From Minutocellus sp. GHC0000111 (taxonomy: Eukaryota): a stretch of 64,000 nucleotides of DNA. The position numbers and the translations under genes are program-made. Location: contig OZ361257.1 in NCBI GenBank assembly GCA_977018835.1, forward strand, positions 682,001 to 746,000, in the 5' to 3' direction. This document shows positions 58,810-64,000 of this stretch, piece after piece; position 1 is the first letter of the stretch, and the number at the start of each line of letters is the position of its first letter. The notes beneath the pieces were generated by a model that worked only from the letters and a program-made list of their open reading frames with translations, was not told where the DNA came from and made no database searches.

Positions 58810-60038
58810 GTGCTTGCGGGCTTCGCTGGGGTGGTAATTGGATGGTTGATTGGGCGTTTGAATGTTCTCGTTCTCTCGTCATCGGATCGGATGAGCCAGG
58901 ATGCGGCGGCGCAGTAGCTATCGGTGGGCGCCGCGCCTCAGGTGTCAAGCATGCGAAGCCTCGCGCTTGCGAACCCCTCGAGGCAAACGTAGAATTGACG
59001 CAACCGAAAGATCATCGCATCCACGATAATTCCATGCTTGCTTCCATCCGTCAAGTGCTGGCCAAGTGGCGCACATTTCATAAGCATATTGTGGTAGTGG
59101 CGATTTATTTCTTGTCAGTTAAAAGGCTACATGTATGTACAAATATTAGGGTAAATTAGAGGCAGCGGACAGGGCAGGAGGATGCGAGCGATCGCATGCA
59201 ATGTGCATCACATAGCTCGGGAGCAAGCAAGTTGTTGAGGCTGAGACTGAATTTTGGAAGTTTCATGATCTGCCATCGGCGGAGGGCTCTCCCTCGTTCC
59301 TGTTTGGTGTCTTTGTGAACAACGGCGAATGGGTTGCTGAGGAACACGGCGCAAATGACGGAGCACGTGTATCGTCGAGCGCTTGCCGGTGCCATTGCCC
59401 GAGGTCTCTCCCTGCACAAGAGGTCACGATTGCATTTTGTTCGAGGCTCGAGGGTAGAGGCAGCTAGGGTCGCTGAGGAGGCAAAGAATCATTTTGAGAC
59501 TGGTAGGTGCTCTGATAGTGACGGATTCTCGGTTCGTCATTCGAGTCGAGAATATGGTTACTACGAGCAGTTTAGAGGATTTAGAAGTGGACCTGAACGG
59601 CGCTATGAGTAATTATTTGCGGCTGATTTTGCTTGTTCTAACCTACTTTCTTCACTTTCCATCGCCTGAGTATGTCAACATGATAAAACGACTATGTAGA
59701 AAATTGTTATACATGTATGTGATCGCCGCTGCTGATTGACGATGATGACTCGACTCGACTCGACAACCTCATGACATTTCCTCATGGTGGCCGATCCCTA
59801 AACGCAACCGCCATGCTGACTGGTTTTCGACAAAGCGACACCATCAAATATGACATTCCTCAGCGGGATGTCTGGCCCGACCGTATGAATTGTCTCGCTT
59901 GCTCCAAACCACTCATACCACCTGCTCTCTGCTCTCTCTATGTCCTCTATGCCCCGTCCTGTCCTTGCCCGACCACCATTCCCCCGACAAGCCCACCGTT
60001 CGCAACGTTTTTCTTTATATCTCCTCCCATACATTCGT

Positions 60039-60272
60039 TTACACCCTCTCGAGAGTCTCGAACTGGACGATGGAGTTGCCCCGCAGAACGACGGTGCCGA
60101 TGCTGGGATGTCCCTCCCGGGTCTCGTCGACGGCCTCCTCGAGGACTACGTTGAGGAAGGCGTCGTACCCCCGGAGGACGCCGACGACCTTGCGGTTGCC
60201 GTTGAGCGACAGCCGCAGGCGCTTGTCCATGAAGCGCTTCAGGTCCGGTCCCTTCTGGTGCTTGTTGGCCAT
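60039..60272 (-). CDS. SNRPG: Small nuclear ribonucleoprotein Sm G
   Basis: PDLKRFMDKRLRLSLNGNRKVVGVLRGYDAFLNVVLEE...IGTVVLRGNSIV. Confidence 0.95.
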   Translation of the reverse strand: MANKHQKGPDLKRFMDKRLRLSLNGNRKVVGVLRGYDAFLNVVLEEAVDETREGHPSIGTVVLRGNSIVQFETLERV

Positions 60273-60627
60273 GGTTCCCTGCGCTGCTTCCAAAAATGGA
60301 GAAAACCGGCACGACGGGTGATGGAAAGACGAAACAAATTAATGCAGGTCTGTCCGTCGCACGAGAACTTGTTCAACGCCGTAGAAATCAGATTTGGGTC
60401 CAACACAACATTTGACGTACCGCTCCCACTCAACTTGGTTGGCAAAGTCAACAACACCCGACTACCTCTCGATGCCAGGGCCGACTCGAAAGCGTGGCAG
60501 ATACACAGCGTCTTCTTCGTCTTCATCTTCATCTCCAGCGTCGACCGTATCGTCCTCATTCGTCTCGTCGACCAGCCCAACTGCCACCACTCAGAGCAGC
60601 AACAACCCTCGTCGTCGTCATCGTTGC

Positions 60628-62241
60628 ATGCTCCTGGCGGCGGCCCTGCCAGCCTACTGCTCCAGCGGTTCCCTTGCGCTTGCTTCCGCCGTTGGCTCTG
60701 CTACCAGGCGTGTATCTTTGAGTGGTAAATCGAAACTACTAGCTTTTGCTTCTCGTGGCAATACGAGTCTTCGTCGAGTCCTTTCTCTCTCTTCGACTTC
60801 CGGCCTCAGCCCTTGTACCAGTGCCATCGGTAGATCGGCAGTGTTTGCTTCAGATTTGGATTTGCACCGTCCCCTGACACACGCCTTTGCCACCATGGGA
60901 CCCATTGAAGATACCACGGCCGCCCAAGCCGATGTTCTCGGGAATGACAATCAAGACGATCCCGTCGCCGCTCCCGCTGCTGCTCAATCTGTCCAAGCAC
61001 GACGAGTAGCGGCAACTCCCCACTCGCTCTCGGAATGCGGCGATCGTCTCCGTGCCGGGGATTTGGTATCCTTCCCCACCGAGACCGTGTACGGGCTGGG
61101 CTGCCACGCCCTCGATCCCGAGGCAGTGTCCAAGGTATTCCGGGCCAAGGAACGGCCCCTGTCCGACCCGCTCATTGTGCACGTTACCAGCACCGTCGAT
61201 GCCATGAAGCTGTGGGATGCCTCGTCCGCCACCACCGCGCCCAACGATGCCTCGGTCGAGGGACGTGCCCTGCATGCCCTCTGCGATGCCTTCTGGCCGG
61301 GTCCGCTCACCATCGTGGCCAAGGCGGCTCCGTCCGTCCCAGGAATCGTCATGGCCGGCACGGGTTACGTCGCGTGTCGATCGCCGTCGCATCCCGTCGC
61401 CAGAGCATTGATCGATGCCGCCCAGGTGCCCATTGCGGCGCCGAGCGCCAATAAGTTTGGTCACGTCAGTCCCACGAGGGCGGACCATGTTCTGGATGAT
61501 CTGGGGGCCGAGGATGTTTGGGTCGTCGACCCGTCCATGGACTTGGCATCAACATCGTCGTCGGAGGGAGGAGGAAGAGGAGATCAAGGAAGCAACGATG
61601 AGACGAGCAGTACAGCAGTGTGCAATGTGGGCGTCGAATCGACGGTGGCCAAGGTGGAGATGTCATCGGAGGAAAGGGGCAAGGTGGTGGTTCTACGACA
61701 TGGAGCGGTATCCACCACCGATATCCGCCGGGCCCTTGACAAGGTCGGTCTAACCGAGCACTTTGAGGTGATTGCCGTGGTCCGGTCGACCGGCGACCAC
61801 GTAGCGCACGTTGCCCCCGGCCAGACCATACGGCACTACTCTCCCGACGTCGTTTCGTACATGATCGCCCACTCCCGATACGGGCAGGGGATGGAGCTGG
61901 GCCAAGAGGAGACGGCATTCCTCTCCCAGGCTGTAGTGATCGACTTTGCCGGGAGACTTGCCGCCCTCAAAGACTATTCGTTGGCATACCGAGACTTGAG
62001 TTCGGAGGGTGACTCCGCAGAGGCTGCTGCCAAGGTGTTTGACGCTCTCCGATGGGCCGAAGATGTACAAGGTGCCGAGAGAGTGTACTTTCCCGAGCTT
62101 GTTGTGTCGCAGTCGCCTGCTGCTGCTTCTGACGAAAAGGTGGCAGCTGGCAGCGTTGGAGAAGAAGATGCCCTGACACTAGCCGTAAAGGACAGACTTA
62201 CCCGCGCGGCAAGTGGTGTAGTGATCGATACGCTGCAATGA
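60628..62241 (+). CDS. SUA5: Threonylcarbamoyl-AMP synthase (Sua5/YrdC) with an N-terminal targeting extension; start uncertain
   Basis: VSFPTETVYGLG, AKERPLSDPLIVHV, FWPGPLT, AAPSANKFGHVSPT, VGVESTV and APGQTIRHYSP. Confidence 0.92.
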   Translation: MLLAAALPAYCSSGSLALASAVGSATRRVSLSGKSKLLAFASRGNTSLRRVLSLSSTSGLSPCTSAIGRSAVFASDLDLHRPLTHAFATMGPIEDTTAAQADVLGNDNQDDPVAAPAAAQSVQARRVAATPHSLSECGDRLRAGDLVSFPTETVYGLGCHALDPEAVSKVFRAKERPLSDPLIVHVTSTVDAMKLWDASSATTAPNDASVEGRALHALCDAFWPGPLTIVAKAAPSVPGIVMAGTGYVACRSPSHPVARALIDAAQVPIAAPSANKFGHVSPTRADHVLDDLGAEDVWVVDPSMDLASTSSSEGGGRGDQGSNDETSSTAVCNVGVESTVAKVEMSSEERGKVVVLRHGAVSTTDIRRALDKVGLTEHFEVIAVVRSTGDHVAHVAPGQTIRHYSPDVVSYMIAHSRYGQGMELGQEETAFLSQAVVIDFAGRLAALKDYSLAYRDLSSEGDSAEAAAKVFDALRWAEDVQGAERVYFPELVVSQSPAAASDEKVAAGSVGEEDALTLAVKDRLTRAASGVVIDTLQ

Positions 62242-64000
62242 GATCTTAATCTTTATGTAATAAAAGTACCGGTATAGGAATGAAAATAAGGAATACCAGC
62301 CGTGTGGCTAAAAAGGCAGAAAGAATTCAGGTGCATGCGCATGCATACCTACATGTACCTATGGTGGATCTCTACACGCAGTAGATTTAGCTAGTACCGG
62401 TGGGAATTCCTCCTACAACATAGAGTTTATACATGTAAATCTAGATCTACACACCACCCGCTCTTTCGGTCGGGCGTCCCCTCAAGCAACTGAGCTTTTA
62501 CCGGTATGTCACAGGCGCTACTAACACATTGTACATGTAAGATTTAGATCACCGGATCTACATCTAGAGTCTTCGGCACCGGTACAAAGATCTACACTCT
62601 ACAATACACACATAGCAGCTGTGTATCGCATACGTTGCAAACATTCTAATTTTTCCTTGGTCCTGCTGTCGGCGGCCTGAAAGAACCATCGGCCCCCCCT
62701 CCTTTGCTCGCACGGCGCCAGAACGGTTGCATAAGCGTCGCACAAAAGAAACCCGGAAAATAGACCCAAAATGAGCTGGGTGTCTGACAAATCGCCAAAA
62801 CCGACGCCATTTTGTTTGTCATTTTACACGGCGACCATGAGGACCCGACGGCGATGCTGATACTGGCACGTACACCGACGCTGAGTTGGGTTTGACGCTT
62901 TTGTATGCTTTCTATTACTATGTCGCGTCGATTCATACCGTCAAACCCAACTCACCTCCTTGGCATTGCGTATCTTTTCGCGAAATGTAGCACACGAAAA
63001 TCCTCCCATCACGTCGTTCGACGGGTCCCACCCAGTGCTGGGTGACAGTGATTTGAGACGGTTGCACCGTCGGTGAGACTGACTGGGTCGGCTCACAAGG
63101 CAGTTTATGTGCATAGGTGTCATTTTTCCCCGTCGAGTCAGTCACACCTCCACATTCTTGTGCACTTTTTCGACACCAAATAACCAGGCCTGGGCAAATT
63201 CTGGAGGTTGGTACCAATGGGGAGTGGAGGTGGCCCGTTGGCGTGGAAATCAATCCAACCGCCGATTTTATGCTTTGAAACCTTTCTATGGATACACTAG
63301 GCGATATCAAAGCAGTCCATCCTGGAAATGGACATGAAATTTGTTGATGGGGGTTGATGCAGTAAATTTTTGTGCTTGTGGAGGTTGAATTTTCCCCCTC
63401 AATTGGACTTATCGGTGCCAATGGTTTGGATCTGGAGAATCTTTTCATGAATGTATTGGTTGTATCAGATACCTACATATATGAGGGCGTTGGAAATTGC
63501 CTGGTGGTGAAGAACGGGGGCAGGTATCATGTCTTCTTGGCACACATGGAATTTCTTGGTGAAACGGGCTGGAATCGGAGGCCCCTCGACTTCCAGACAT
63601 GAAATTGATACTGTTCATCTCATGGATGCAAACTCGCGATCACTCACCTGCAACTACCTCCCTGTGGTATATGCCTTTTGCTTTTTGATGAGTTTCGTCG
63701 GGTTGCTGCAAGAAATCGGCGTCAATTTATTGATGGCATTCAATTTTTATGGACCCCAGCAAAATTGTAGGAGGTCAACCTTCCTGACCGAGGAAGATGA
63801 TAAATTGGCATGTCGACGTAACCAAGAGTGTTCTATTTGCTTTAGTTCCATTGTATGTATATAGAAGAAGTTAAATTTAGATAGATGGTGTATGGTTGTT
63901 CACTCTATGAAGTTTAGTAACCATAATCATCTGTAGTGGTCGCAATGAGACTACCGCAGGGCCCGACCGCACTCTCAGATATAAATAACGTCTATAACTA

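Noticed and set aside
59156..59740. Small ORFs between the acyl synthetase and SmG
   Set aside because: No motifs and no consistent frame.
62600..63900. Short ORFs (e.g. 62933-63448) as a gene or TE
   Set aside because: Coding-like in patches but full of stops, with no recognisable motif or termini; possibly a decayed remnant.

Overview
Gene-dense eukaryotic DNA, most likely from a diatom or related ochrophyte. Evidence: short GT-AG introns, bipartite signal-peptide + ASAF-type plastid targeting sequences, and diatom-type Sel1/RING, F-box-like and Myb-like families. About 25 host genes are recognisable, including L-rhamnonate dehydratase, a USP, a cyclophilin, DUF1350, an FAH-family hydrolase, a ThrE-like exporter, AzgA, eIF6, MER3/HFM1, an SLP phosphatase, MED31, a DHHC PAT, an acyl-CoA/ACP synthetase, SmG and SUA5. 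The most striking element is a bounded 4,229-bp Kolobok-type DNA transposon (50851-55079) with a TTAA target duplication and 17-bp perfect TIRs. It carries a disrupted DDE transposase and a convergent intact ORF that appears to fuse an RPA70N-like OB fold to a KolX/P2X7-ballast-like Cys domain. Other notable points: MER3 lacks helicase motifs I-II while staying in frame; several housekeeping genes carry frameshifts, a stop or deletions; there is a decayed Transib/Chapaev-like transposase fragment; two possible rhamnonate-pathway genes lie close together; and TA-NNNN-TA palindromes are strongly enriched between genes. All family calls come from recognising motifs by eye, with no database searches.
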